From positions 1,302,001 to 1,366,000 of the forward strand of contig NEEC01000012.1 in assembly GCA_002189035.1 (NCBI GenBank): DNA of 64,000 nucleotides, in the 5' to 3' direction. Made by a program: the position numbers and the translations under genes. Below are positions 12,660 through 25,886 of this stretch, in pieces; position 1 is the first letter of the stretch; each line of letters begins with the position of its first letter. The notes below the pieces were generated by a model. It worked only from the letters and a program-made list of their open reading frames with translations, did not search any database and was not told the DNA's origin. The stretch is from Utricularia gibba (taxonomy: Eukaryota > Plantae > Magnoliophyta).

Positions 12660-13350
12660 GTTGATAATTTTATTTGGAAAGGGAGTGCGTGCGAGTTGTT
12701 TACTTCAAGAATAAGCCTGGAGCCTGGATCCAACCGGCTGTACCACACTTTACGCTTTAAATAGGAAAGAAAGGTGCATGATCCCACCAATTACTTGTGA
12801 GTAAAACAAAAAAGGTCGCCACAACTGACCGAATAAATTGCATTCTGAAAAAATTCATACAAATCTGGTGAATCTTGTGACGTTTGATGTAAAAGGTTAA
12901 TGCAGGGAAACAAAAATCCTTTTGATTAACATTAAAAGGGATTCCTAAAAATCCAGATGAATACTACTAATATAAATTAAGGTTAATGTATAAGATTTCT
13001 TACAAATCACTCCAGTCTAATAGGACTAGACGAACACGAAACTCAATCAAAGTAGTTCAGTTCAATTTAGTTCGAACATTTGGCTTTCTAGTCTCAGTTA
13101 GCCTTTTGCTTTTATCTCTATATAAAATTTTTCCTCTAGAACTTTATTCTTGTTTTTCCTAGTTTGTATGACCGGTCGTGGCTAGAAAATTTTATTTCAG
13201 GGTTGGGACACTCCCAAATTATGTTTCATTAATTAATCTCCATTTCTTCTTCGAATTTGATCGAGTTCTGTATGTCTCCATGCGACTATGTTATAATCTT
13301 TTTCTAATAATCCTCTCATTCACGATTCATGGTTACCTAATCACTACTTA
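12660..13350 (+). pseudogene. atpF: Plastid atpF remnant: last ~30 nt of exon 1 plus 5' part of its group II intron
   Basis: TTTGGAAAGGGAGTG followed by the group II 5' consensus GTGCGAGTTG at 12689; position after atpH fits plastid gene order. Confidence 0.8.
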
Positions 13351-13354
13351 TAAG

Positions 13355-13842
13355 TTTTGAATAGGAGCCCAATGGAAAGCACCAACTCATGCTCTTTTGA
13401 TTAGAGGGAGACAACGTTTTATTTGTGATCGTATTTCAGGATCACTGGATAGATAGTGGCCTTGTATCTAAACTCATTGGGTCATTCGTTACACTCAGGC
13501 ACATGCACGTAATTCGACTGTGAAGATATCACGGTAGGACCTCTTATCTTTACGTTTATCCAAGGAGGAGCAACATTGAGCTATTCCCATTCCTTCTTGT
13601 AAGAAAGTGTAAAGGAGGTTAGATAATTCCTTACTCCTATTACCAATTACTCGAGAAGATCAGAGAATAGTGGAGATATGACAAAAGTAACTAAGCAGAA
13701 TTCTAATCCTAAGAACATTTTCTTTATTGAAGGTTCATCGCTTAAGTTTACTTTTGTTGTTTGTTACAACCCCCTTGCTCAAGTTTCATCATTTACGTCT
13801 CTTGTATCTTTTACTTTACAAAACCGTTTACAAATCGTGATA
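13355..13842 (+). mobile_element. Solo LTR, ~500-bp family (copy 1)
   Basis: Diverged reverse-complement match along its length to 16942-17440 (shared GCACCAACTCATGC, AACTCATTGGGTCATT, TCCAAGGAGGAGCAACAT, AAAACCGTTTACAAATCGTGA). Confidence 0.65.
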
Positions 13843-13959
13843 GTTGTATTTGATGTAATCTCATTTTTCACTGAAAAACAACTTCCTTTGTTCAACACTC
13901 ATACTACACATTTTGTGTTTTACAAGTTTTAAAAATCTTTAAAATTTTTTATGGAAATG

Positions 13960-14125
13960 ACACACATTAACATTTGTTATTTCATTTATTTTTCTTATAT
14001 GATCATTTTAATGACTTTTAAATCATAACTTTTTTATTATTATTCATTCTTACTCCACTAGAATTTTTGTTAATTTTTTTAACACACTTTACCACAAGGA
14101 GATAGAGAGTATATAGATATCTATT
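13960..14125 (-). pseudogene. ndhF: Plastid ndhF, 3' fragment (NUPT)
   Basis: Minus strand CTATATACTCTCTATCTCCTTGTGGTAAAG...AATTAACAAAAATT...AATGAATAATAAT resembles ndhF YSISLWGKE..KRINKN..MNNN; continues the piece that stops at 19820. Confidence 0.6.
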
Positions 14126-14756
14126 TGTTGAGTCTAGTCCAACAGAAGGTGGATTTGGTATAGATGAAGTCGAAGAAGATGAAAGTAAAGCACACTGAAA
14201 TGGAGAATGTGAAGAAAATAGGCATTTAATAGACTGTTTTTTTTTTTTTTTTTTTGTGCTTGACATGTGTGGTCATGTGCAAGGTTATGTGTTAAACATA
14301 TTATATGTTTTATTGTCAACTTACCTTTCACTTTTTGAATGAATCAAGAAATGCTGTGTGTTTTCTCAATCTTGAATGCTAGATCTACAAGTAAATGAAG
14401 GGTTCTCCCAAGACCTCTACTACTCAAAAATAGGTGCTTTTTCTAAGATTGTTTATTTTTGAGTTTCACCTCTAAGTGAAGATGGAAGGTGAGTATTCTC
14501 CATTTGTTACTTATGAGATTCCAAAACTTGATTCAACCAATTATAGTGAGTGGATGGTGATGATATCAACTTACCTCAAGGCAAAGAAACTGCGGTTCTT
14601 TGTTGAAATGGGCATGTGGTCTCTATGCTTACCACTACTTTTACTGATGAAAACAAGAAGTTGGAAGAATACGAAAAAAAATGTTGCTATGACGACCCAA
14701 CATGTGCTAGTATCTCATGCTATATTTCAAGAAATTGCTTCATATGAATCACCTAT

Positions 14757-15940
14757 TGATAACACATATTTTTGAGTGATGGAGTCCATTGAAATTACTC
14801 ATATTGTACTACAAAAATCATGTTTTATTACCTAGTTCTATATTTTTATGCATAGTGTTGTAGTTATGTTATTTTAGTTTTAGTTGGGACTAAATCATAG
14901 ACTTATTCCCAACCTTCTAATAGTTTCCTTCGAGCAATGCAGCACATGTCGACAACACAAATCACAAGGAGCCGAATATGAACAGTGTAGTGGTAGAAGA
15001 TGAGTCCAAAAGTATGAAAAGGAGTACACACAAAATCCAAGGAAGAAAAAAGGGAAATTTTGGACAAAAAAGGGAAAAAGATAGAAAGAGAAGGCAAATC
15101 TCCCCTATTGGAGACTCACGACATTCTTTCTGGAGAAGTTTTATGGGGGAGGGGGAAGAAGGAAGGGAACGATGAACCAGAAGAACATAGTTTCTCTTTG
15201 AAGATTTATTTTCGCTCTTGATGCATACCGTTCCTAGCTAAGACTAGTTTTAGATTTACTACGTGAACAATTTGTCTTTTCTATTTCTGTTATGCATTGC
15301 TTGTTGTTGTTTAACTTTGAAACCAGAATGTTGCTTAGGATATGCTATGAAAACATTTTTCTTTCCCTTGTCATGAGTGGCTAAGCACTTAGGGGGTGAC
15401 TTGGGGTGAAAAGGGGGTTTGTGCTAGTTAATCTTTAGATCTAATTAACCATAAGTCACACCACTTCCTTAACAAACTAGGATAGATCCAGGAGGGGAAA
15501 ATAGTAAAACCCAGCTTAACAACTCTAATTAGAGGTAGACCAAAGATTAGGGGGAAAACAAGAATCCGAGTAAACCTAGATCTTGTGTGTTAGTTGTTTG
15601 ATTTATGGTTTGTGTGAGCTTGTTTAGTAATAAACATACATCCCCTAGGAATCCCAAGACATCACCCATCTCATTTCAGAAATAACCGAGTTCACAAACT
15701 TGTTATTTTTCTTTACTGCATTTTATCGCAACTCTCTCTTAGTCCTAGTTAAGACCAAATTTAGCAACGTGACACTAATTCCTTGCATTGACCTTCACAT
15801 AGCAAACACCTAGCTCCTTGTGTTCGACTCTAGTTCACTATACTCATATTTTTCATATGATTTGATGTGTATTAGGTTATAAATTTATTTGATAGGAGAA
15901 ATTTGCAAATTAACGACTTTCACAAATTTTTCTTTTATCA
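14757..15940 (+). mobile_element. Solo LTR (Ty3/gypsy, Athila-like) nested in C2 gag
   Basis: TGATAACAC...TTTATCA ends flanked by perfect 5-bp TSD CCTAT (14752-14756, 15941-15945). Confidence 0.85.
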
Positions 15941-16941
15941 CCTATGGAAATATAGTTCAAGTTAAAAGAAATATTTTTGGAGATGATCAACTAAAGAAAA
16001 TACTTGTAAGGGCAAAGTTAGCAGAATTTAAAAGAAACTAGATAAAGTTTAGTGAACTTTAGGGGGTATATGTCAAATGAGAAAATCATTGATAAGCCAA
16101 TGATAGCATTTGATCTTTCATGAGAAGCAGATTGTTCCATATACATACGGATACCACCCACCAATTCGGGAGCACATAGGGCAACAACCTGCAGGTTGCT
16201 TGTGATGACCAACTGGTCTGCAGTTTGGAAGCTGAAGAAGCTTTAGAAAAGCCTTAAATTAGGTAGAGAAAAGAACTTTCTTAGAGCTCATACAATTACT
16301 ATAAGCATCATAGAAAATGAGGACTATAACATAAGAAGATGAGTATGTTGAGAAAGCTGAAATAGCCTTTATTAGCAAGTCTAGTAGTAACAATGAGAGC
16401 AACAGAGTTGATAAAACAAATACAACAAAGTTCTGTGACTATCTAAAGTGTCATATATGTGGAAAAGAAAATCACAAAAGTGAAAATTGTTGGAGTAAAC
16501 TAGAAAAAGCATATATTCATTGTGGAAAAATATTTCATAGCTTAGACACATGTTGGATGCATCCATAAGCTCTTAGCCTTTAAAGACACAACAAAAAACT
16601 GTCCAAATAAAAAAAGTTGGAGCAAAAGTTTATCTATAGGAGAGTTGAAAGTCTTGATCTGCTTTTATGATGGAACAAAAGAAATTGATTTGGAAGACCC
16701 CTTGGATTTGTGAACTTAATCACAAAATGCCAACAAATAAGTGTGATGGTTTGTTTCTAGATAGTAGAGCATCTAAACAAATTCTGAGGGGTATAGTAAA
16801 TGGAAAATCAATACAAGTGATGCATGTCATTTCCACAACAAACTTTAATATTTTGAAAACTCGTAAAACACAAATGCGTAATACGGGTGTCAAACACAAG
16901 GATTTGTTTTTGAGTGAAAGGTGAAGTACACTGAATACAAC

Positions 16942-17440
16942 TGTCACGATTTGTAAACGGTTTTAGAAGTAAAATGTGCGAGAAACGTAGTTGATGAAGC
17001 TTGAGTAAGGGAATAAGAGAGGTTTTGAACAGACAACTGAAATAAACATAAGCAATGAACCTTAAATAAAGCGAATGCTCCTGGGTTTGGAATCCTGCCC
17101 TACTACGTTCGTTGCATCTTCACTCTTCTCTAGTCTTCTCGAATACTCGGTTATAGAAGTAAGGAATTGCCTACCCTCCCTTACACTCTCTTGCAAGAAG
17201 GCACGGAAATAGCCCGATGTTGCTCCTCCTTGGACGAAAGTGAGAATAAGAGGTTCTACCAGCGTGCCCTCATAGCCAAATTGCGCGCGTGTGCCCGAGT
17301 GATGCCAATGACCCAATGAGTTCAGATACGAGGTCACTACCTGTCCATTGATCCTGAGGTACGGCCATAGATAAAACGTTTTCTTCCTCCTTCCAAAAGG
17401 GCATGAGTTGGTGCTCTCTACCTTGCTCCTCTCCAATACA
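16942..17440 (-). mobile_element. Solo LTR, ~500-bp family (copy 2) nested in C2 integrase
   Basis: TG..CA ends; homologous to 13355-13842; flanks ACAAC/GCGAC differ only by two G/A transitions (eroded TSD). Confidence 0.7.
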
Positions 17441-19819
17441 GCGACTACAATATATTTTCTTAATCTTTTGCCATGTCGAGTTCTAGAACAATGAAAGTCA
17501 ACATATGACTTATGGTATAATAAGTCTAGAACAATGAATCAACTAAAGATATTTTACTCTATTTGTTATATGACATAATGCAAAAAGAAACAAATTAGAA
17601 GAAAAGTCTGAAGTTGGAGTTTTTATAGTTTATATTAATGTGACAAAGGGTTATAGAATTTACCTCCCTCATAAAAAGACTATGACGATTAGTAACGATT
17701 TTGTTTTTGTGAGGATTCTCAAGTAAATTGGAGAAATAATATTGTGGTGTATGAATGTCAATATAAACAAATTGTGACTTCAAATTAAGATGCTAACATA
17801 GAAGGAATATGCAAATGTTGGGCTCATCAACAAAAAGCATACCAGTTGCTTGAGTATCATCAAATTCATGCTGAAGATATAACTCCTACTTCAAGAAGCA
17901 TATGTTAAATGAACCTGATATGCAAAAAAATAAGTACTTAAAACACCCACAAGGTGAATGAATCACTTGAAGGTCGTATTGAAATATCACAAACTGATAA
18001 TAGACATTCTAACTCAAATCCTTATTATGAGTTTTAGAAAAATTAAGAAGTTAGTGACTCAGAAACTGATGAAGAAGAGGATGCATATGAAAAAAATAAT
18101 TGATTATAATATTGAAGAAGATCGTAGAAACTCAACTTAGGAATCGCTTAAGCCTCTCCAAGGTAACAAGTCTAAAATACTAGACTTGAAATGGATTTAC
18201 AAGTCAACACTTGATGCTGATGGAAAGTTGAAGAGAGGTACAACAAGACTTGTTGTAAAGTAATGTTCACAAGTAAAGGGCATCAAGTAATGAGATGAGC
18301 AGTAAATCACATGGATGTCACCACAACTTTCTAAACATCATACTTGAGGATGAAGTATATGTTAAACAATCAAAAGGCTTCATAAAAATAGGGTTGTGAA
18401 CACATGGTGTTGAAATTGAAGAAGGTACTTAATGGCCAAAAACAAACTCCAAGAGCTTGGAATTTAAGTATTGACAATTTTCTGGTAATTGTCGGTTTCA
18501 AAAAGACTGGAGGAGATCATGGACTATATATAAAGAAAGAAAATTCAGAAAGCACTCTTCTATGTTTATATGTGGACAACCTACCCTTGGTCTCATGCAA
18601 AAAATAGTTTTTAATTGATGTAAAAAAAATGCTAAACTCAAAGTTTAAAGTGAAGTACTTAGCATCAGCTCACTTTTATCTTGGAATTGAGATTCATCAA
18701 AAGAAATGAGTTGGAACATTCATCGTGCATAAAAGTTGCTTTCAAGAAATAATAAAAAAACTTGATATGTGGAAGATCAACAATCCTCGAGACTATATGA
18801 TTACAAATTACATTTGAGCCCTAACCTTGGGGGAAAAGATGCTAGTCTGACACTTCATAGAACTATGGTTGGCTGCCTGTTGCTCGTAGCACATGAGCAT
18901 TGTACTTCATTGCAACCTTTATGTCAAGAGTTCTACAGAGGACCAAAGTTGATCACCTATTGACAACCAAAAGAGCTATGCATTACATTAAAAGAACTAT
19001 GGATTTTGGAGTGTTTTGTTCAGCAGGAGAAGGAGATGAATTACCTAAGTTTGCTAGTTTTATAGACAATGATTATGTAGGATCTAAGGATGTCAAGAGC
19101 ATATTCAGATTCATTTGTGAACTCAATGGAAACCATTTCACTTTGTGTACCCAAAAACAATTTGTTGTTGCCGAGTCCATGGCAAAAGTGGTATACATGG
19201 TTGTGAATTTTGCTTCAAAGCACTGGATATGATTGAGGCAAATATTGAAAAAAATTGGATGCCAACAATCAGAAGCTAAAATTGTAAGTGTTGAAAACAA
19301 AGTTGCTATCGCAATTGCAAAAGATCCAATTCAATTTAGAAAACTCCAACATAAATGTTGGGTATCATGCACTGAGACATATAGTAAAAATGAAGAAATT
19401 GAAACTAAAATAAATTGAATCAGCAAAACAAAGGGTTGATTTGTTCAAAAAATCACTTGGGAGAATTTTCTTTGAAAAGCTTAGAGATGAAATGAGAATG
19501 AAATCACTTGAGGAGTTTGAGAAATTGTCTGATCTAAGAGGTTCTATTGACAAAGGGATTGTTGAGTCTTGTGCAACGTAGGGTGGATTTGGTGTAGATG
19601 AAGTCAAAGAAGATGAAGGTGAACCATGTTGAAATGATTGAAATGTGTAGAAAAACAAAGAAATTTCATCAAGAATTACTTTTTTTTTGCATGACACATG
19701 TGATCACATGCAATATTGTGTGTTGAACATATTGTGTTTTCTTGTCAAATTACTTTTTACTCTTTGGATGAATCAAGAATTGTTGTGGGTTTTCTCAATC
19801 TTGAATTCTAGATTTATAA

Positions 19820-20460
19820 GAGTTGAAAACCTATATCAAAAATTTTGAAAATGAAAATTTAAATGGCCCTCAATAGAAAGTAACTAAATTCAAAACATAT
19901 AAAATGCGATGAATCCCTCGAATAACAGAAAGAGAAACTGTTCCTAATAAAAAAATGGCGTTTTGAATAATTGGTGCATGAGTTTGTTCATACCCCATAG
20001 AAACCATATTCTGAGTTAGGGAATAGCCCACAACAGCTTCCATTGAATGAATGACATATCCAAAACCTAAAAATAATAAAGCTTTAAAATAAGTATATAT
20101 AATCAAATGAAATAAAACACTTGGATAAGAAAAATACCTGCTGCCACCATAGTAGCTACATGGATAGAATGTAGTAAGCTTCCATAGCCTTTGCTAAACA
20201 TATGTGCAAAGGAAATCATGCAAACTTAGCAACTGCTCCATCAAATACTAAAACAGCACACAAGGTAGAAAATATAAAATTTACTTGATCATAAGAAACC
20301 AAGTTTGAAAAAATTGATCAGTTCAAAACTACATGTTATCTTATAAAAACCTAAAATTCATAATACAAGATTAGTTATAAAAGCTTTTTGACAAGCATTT
20401 ATTGTGGAAGGTTGTGTGAACCAAAACCCAATTAATATGTAGGAAGTCATTCATCTTAAG
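19820..20460 (-). pseudogene. ndhF: Plastid ndhF, middle fragment (NUPT)
   Basis: Translates to remnants SY.LIGFWFT.P...[53 protein letters not shown] and HL.FHFQN. Confidence 0.88.
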
Positions 20461-20469
20461 AAGAAATAA

Positions 20470-23176
20470 AGGTAGAGGATAAACAATTTTATTGAAAATG
20501 AAAAAATGTAGAGGATAGATAATATTTATCTCTTCAAATCGATATTAAACAAAATGGTCGGACTTAAATTGTATTGAGACTCTTATGTACAATTAATAGG
20601 GTTTGTTTTTAATAGGTATATAAATGACATCTTTCGTATAATCTTTGCTTGCAAAGTTATTCTTTCAATGAAAATTCAGAGCTTTTGAACATGGTACAAG
20701 AGTCAATCACAATCTGATATTGAATCAGTTCATTGTTTCAACTGCAGGTTGTATGGTCTAGTCTTTCATGGAGTTTACTTCAATACTAGTGTGTCTTGAG
20801 CTTCTTTGGGAGTTATTTCCACTCTTCTAGATAGAGCTTTTGCTAATATTGGTCCTAATTTCATTTCTAGTTGATAATCTAGGGACGGCATTGCTGAATT
20901 TTTCATTAACCTCACCAATTTTTTCAAATTGGAGTAAAGTAGTTCTAATAGTGTTGGATTACAAGGATAAAATTGATTTTATGAATGGAAAATTACTAAT
21001 GTCTGATGAAAATGATGTTAATTTTCAAGCATGATGTAGAGGTGACGGCTTGGTTCAAGGTTAATTGTTAAGCAATATGCTCATTGATTTTATGAGAATT
21101 TTAATAAATTTCTACTACTAGACGTCTATGGCTTTCATTGGAAGGCCATTTTTTAAAAAGAGTACCACTTCTATTTTTCATTTGTTACGTAAGCAATTTG
21201 ATTTGATACTAGCATGAATGTCACTATTATTACTTGAAAACTCAAGAGATTGAAGGTATGCTCTCAATTGAAAAATGCAATTTGTGTGATATGGAATTGA
21301 AAAGCAACTTGGGTTTGAATATGATCAAGTTGAGTCATTTTCTTACAACTTTAAATAATAGTTACACAATCCATAAAAGATTAATTGAAGCCATGGATCC
21401 TAGCCCTAGTTTGAATAAAGCTTTTGTGATTTTACTCAATATTGAGATAAAATTTGATAAGGATATTATGATTTCTGGCTTAGCCTTACTGACAAAACCA
21501 TTCAATAAAGGGAGCCAACCTTATTGGCAAAACCATTCAATAAAGATAGCTTTTACCCTGACAAATTTGGCTTTAAACTAGTGGATAAAAAAAGTATTAT
21601 TGTGTAATATTTCATCAACATGGACATATCAAGAAATATTGTTTAAATAATTTGGATAAATTACCTGATTGGTATTTTGTTTATTGGCAAAAGATTAGAC
21701 CTATTTCTGGAAAAAATGCAAAAGCTAATTGTGTTCAAAACATCAATTATGGTGTTGTTGTTCATTCTAATATAGAAAACTGAAATAACAAGCATTCCTA
21801 AGCTATTATTGATCCTTTGAATATTGTAGGAGCATAATTTGTATTTCAACATCTATTCTTTTGCTGACATTGCAAATCTTGTAAAATAGAAGGTTATGAA
21901 ATTATTGGGATTGATTGGAGAATAGAAGTAGCAATAGACCAAGGCTAATTTTATTTATTTTGGCGATTTATGGATAATCCCTTTATCCCTATTGTTGATT
22001 ATGTTGATGATAATACTTGCAAGCATATTATGCATCATGTTGCTACCATAAAATGCTTCTTTTTTTATGCTATGGAGTAGGCCAAAATATGGTAGAAAAT
22101 TGATTGTAGATACGGGAGCTATTTCATACATATGTTTCCATTGACCTTTCCAATCTCTATTTGATGTGACTATTCTTAATTTGCCTCCCTTCCAAATGAT
22201 TCATCAATTTCGGTTCAACAATCTGGAAGTATTTTGATTTCAAAATCCTTTATTCTAAAATCTATCCTTTTTGTTCCATCCTACAAGTTCAACTTGCTAT
22301 CTGTTAGTGCATTAGATAAGAATAATATCCAAGTGCTTATTCGTGTTACAAAACCAATGAAGTAATATCCAAGTAATTCGATTCTAGGGGTGGGGCATTT
22401 GAGGCAAGGATTGTTCGTGTTAGATCGACTCTCCTTTTTACTAGATAATTGAAGAATATGACATTATCTTCAATTACTTGTCATTTGCTATATGAAGAGT
22501 GTAGACCTTTATTGAATAATATGGTATATTTTTCCACACTTGAAAATACCTCAATTTTTAATTCTACATCCGTTTCACCAACTCTTTTACATTGTCATGT
22601 AGGGCATCTTGCTCCTTTTACTTGTTCATATACATCATTTCCTTGTAGCTTAAATGAAGAACCATGCAATGTTTGTAAATCTTCTAAATCTTATTAATTC
22701 CCATTTTCAGTCAGTTCATCCAATTCTAAAGAACTTTTTGAACTTATTCATTGTAATATTTAGGGGATCATATAAAACACCAACTACTACAAATTATTGT
22801 TTCTTCCTTACTCCAGTAGATGATTTAATATTGTTTTGAAGTTGTTTGTTCTACTTTCCTCATTGACTATGTTGATAACATACTTTTAGCAGGTTTAGAT
22901 CTTTTAGTAATCATTTCAACTAAACATTATTTTCATATGTTATTTACCATTAAAGATCTTAGAGATATTATATTTTTCTTAGGATTAGAACTTGAATGCT
23001 TGGCCCCTGGTTTTCATCTTTGACAATATAAATTTTCTGCGTGCATTGTTAAGGATTCGAGCTTAGTTGATTCTTCCCCGAAATCACGAATTCCCTATGT
23101 TTGATGAGGAAAACATGGTGGATGACTCTACTTATAGAACACTTGTTGGTATGTTGTTTTATCTAGTTTTTACAAT
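20470..23176 (+). mobile_element. Heavily decayed Ty1/copia (Ale-like) element C3 inserted in NUPT ndhF
   Basis: NWSKVVLIVLDYKDKIDFMNGKL (copia gag N-terminus), PSPSLNKAF, integrase ELIHC.I.GSY and RT/RNase H remnants. Confidence 0.7.
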
Positions 23177-23485
23177 TCCTTGATCATGAGACATATAATT
23201 TTCACTATAAATAAGAACTAGAATTCCAACACTAGTAGTTAACATTAACATAATGGATGTAAGCTGGTCCAAGACCCTACATATTGATAGATTGAACTAC
23301 TATTTATTTGTTGAATAGACAAATTAATTGACAAAATTATGGCTATGGTTAACAATAAAATACTTTGAAGGCGAATAATTTTTTTGTTGCTGTCAGGAAA
23401 AGGAGTCCCCATTCCCATTAAGATAGGAACTAGAAGTTGAACCAAACATATGATGCACATATATTGATTGATATGTCGTTTCCAT
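23177..23485 (-). pseudogene. ndhF: Plastid ndhF, 5' fragment (NUPT)
   Basis: ATGGAAACGACATATCAA start; [17 protein letters not shown], then [26 protein letters not shown]. Confidence 0.88.
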
Positions 23486-23978
23486 ACAAAATTTTTTTTT
23501 TTTATTAACTAGTTTGGATTCACTAGCTTTTATCTAGTTTGAGTAAAAAATTACTAAAATTAATAAATGAAAAATGAATATGAATATATCTACTCGCGTA
23601 ACTAGAACATTTTGATTTCAAGTAAGACATATTAGGTTGCTTTCCCAGTTTCACATAAAAAGATCAGATTTTGAAATCAAGAATTTAGAATCAGTCCAAC
23701 CCCCATGAAAAATCGATTAATTACTAGATCTACTTTGACAATTCAAGTGAAATTAAGGATATTTTGTAGCTTTTCAATGTTACTAAAAAAATATTAGTTT
23801 AGTAAAATTTTATGTGATTTTATCATATCTTTCAACTTTTAATAGTTAAAAAATATATTATCGAGAAAATAAACACCTAATGAATTAGAAAATCGCCTAT
23901 TTTTGTTTTGAAAATTAAAATAATAAATGTTTTTTACATTTATCTATGTCAATGAGAAATCTCTTAATTTTAACTTAA

Positions 23979-24143
23979 ATGGCAGTTCCGAAAAAACGTA
24001 ATTCTGCATCAAAAAAACGTGTTCGTAAAAAAGTTTTGGAAAGGGAGGGGTATTGGGCGGCGTTAATAGAGTTTTCCTTGGGTAAATCTTTTTCAATTGG
24101 TAATTCAAAAAGTTTTTTTCTTGTTCAACGAAGAAATAGGTAA
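23979..24143 (+). pseudogene. rpl32: Plastid rpl32 copy in NUPT, reading frame still open (54 aa)
   Basis: [54 protein letters not shown]; plastid position between ndhF and ccsA; in-frame TAA directly upstream, so no transit peptide without splicing. Confidence 0.9.
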
Positions 24144-24303
24144 AAACTGTGGAAGAATTCCAACTGTCTCACTAAAAAAAATGATTTTTTTAGAGCAAAA
24201 TTGAGATTTTAATAGGGAATGGAATTCATTCCACTCTTTTATAATGAAGAGGGTTCTACAATGAGTTCAATTACCAATTGCGATTTTACAATTAAGGATT
24301 CTT

Positions 24304-24860
24304 ATGATATTTTCAACCTTAGAGCGCATATTAACACATATTTCTTTTTCAATTGTTGTAATTATAAATACAATTCAGTTGATAACCTTTTTAGTTATTA
24401 AAATTATAAACCTCTATCAGTCATCCCAAAAGGGTATGCTAATTACTTTTTTATCTATAAAAAGATCATTAAACACTCGTTGGATTAATGTGATACATTT
24501 TCCACTAAGTAATTTATATGAATCGTTAACCTTTCTTGAATTGGTTCAAGTGCTATTAATTCATACAATTCCATATTTCAAAAAAACGAAAAATATTGTT
24601 AGCACCATAATTTGTTCAAGTGCTATTTTTACACAAGACTTTGCTACTTGGAGTCTTTTAACTACAATACACCAATTAACAATATTGTCCCCAGCTCTTC
24701 ACTCTGAGTAGCTAATAATGCACATAAGTACGATATATTTGGATATGTGGCACTTTTATGTGCATCATTATTATCAGTATCATTTCTAGCCATTTTTTCT
24801 ATGAGTAAACCAAATACATAACACAACGAGGTATTAGTTTACAAAATATTTCTTTTTTTT
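24304..24860 (+). pseudogene. ccsA: Plastid ccsA 5' part (NUPT)
   Basis: [17 protein letters not shown]...[13 protein letters not shown]...PYFKK...SAIFTQ.FAT...PALHSE* (conserved W to TAG); 3' half absent. Confidence 0.92.
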
Positions 24861-24884
24861 TTATTTGTAAACAAAATTTCTATA

Positions 24885-25030
24885 GGTCACTATTGCAGCT
24901 AAAGCAACTGAAGTAGTGTTGAATCCTGTCAGAAAAATGAGTCCTACAGATAGTTCATCTATTCCCAATCACCAATGGGGATCTAATTTTAATGGTAGAC
25001 TAGTTGTATTAATGGATAATCCCATTGGAA
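24885..25030 (-). pseudogene. ndhD: Plastid ndhD internal fragment (NUPT)
   Basis: Minus strand CCATTAATACAACTAG...CATTGGTGATTGGGAATAGATGAACTATCTGTAGGA... corresponds to PLIQL..HWRLGIDGLS.GP..LTGF.TT.A.LAA. Confidence 0.75.
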
Positions 25031-25138
25031 CGAGTCCCAAAATATTTTGAGTTGTGTTTTTGCAACTAAGATCATATCTTAACCCTATTAACCCACTATA
25101 TTGTTGAGTAAATAAATTTTAGGAAGTAATATTTTAGA

Positions 25139-25337
25139 TTATTTACTCAACAAAATGGACCGATTAATTCGAGTGGATTTTCTGTTATAAGAAATTGATA
25201 AAAGAATAGCTAGTCCAATAGCTGCTTCAATGAATTCAATAACTATAAGAAAGATGGAGAAAATATCGCTTCTTAATTTATGATAATCTAAAATATTACT
25301 TCCCGAATCCATAATTAAGAATGTTACTATAAATTTT
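25139..25337 (-). pseudogene. ndhE: Plastid ndhE 3' part (NUPT)
   Basis: [10 protein letters not shown]...[24 protein letters not shown] matches the NdhE C-terminus. Confidence 0.88.
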
Positions 25338-25710
25338 ATCGGGAGATTCAATGCCAAAAAGAAGGGGGTTCATTAGCGAGCTATTTACTACAAATCAATG
25401 AATTGAAAGAAGCCATCAAAATTATACAACATACGTCAGAATGACTTCAGGGGACCCAAAATGGACTGATTTTGAATATCGATTTATTAGTAAAAAACAT
25501 TTTCCAACTTTTGAATTGTCCAAACAAAAGGTTTACGTAAGATTCTAAGCACCAAAATGAAGAATTGGGAATCTTTATGATAGGAGATCGAAGTGTTTTT
25601 CCTTGAAGGTGGAAAATTAGACCACCCGAGTTTATTTTACAAATTCTTCCTCAGTTAGTTAAAAGAATGAAATTGGCTGATATTATGACCATACTAGGAG
25701 CATTGCACCC
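25338..25710 (+). pseudogene. ndhH: Plastid ndhH 3' part (NUPT, inverted)
   Basis: Remnants of [65 protein letters not shown]. Confidence 0.88.
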
Positions 25711-25886
25711 GTATATGGGAACTTCTTCATCCTCTAACACACGGTACAAAACTGCTTTTAAAAGAGAATTGTTCAACTAACAATGGATTAACAGTGGATA
25801 AAAATTCTTCAATTTTTATTTCAATCTTTGAAATGTAAATTTGGATTAACAGTGGATTGTTCGTGTGGTGGAATGGAGAGAATTAT

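Larger units (their letters stand above)
14126..19818 (+). mobile_element. Decayed Ty1/copia element with both LTRs (C2), inserted in NUPT ndhF
   Basis: Diverged direct LTRs 14126-14389 and 19560-19818 (TGTTGAGTC start); gag (KLDSTNYSEW), integrase, RT (LKLKKVLNGQKQTPRAW, LYVDNL) and RNase H remnants in order; ndhF sequence on both flanks. Confidence 0.88.

Noticed and set aside
17062-17436. 124-aa ORF as a captured gene
   Set aside because: Lies wholly within an LTR whose second copy (13355-13842) does not keep the frame.
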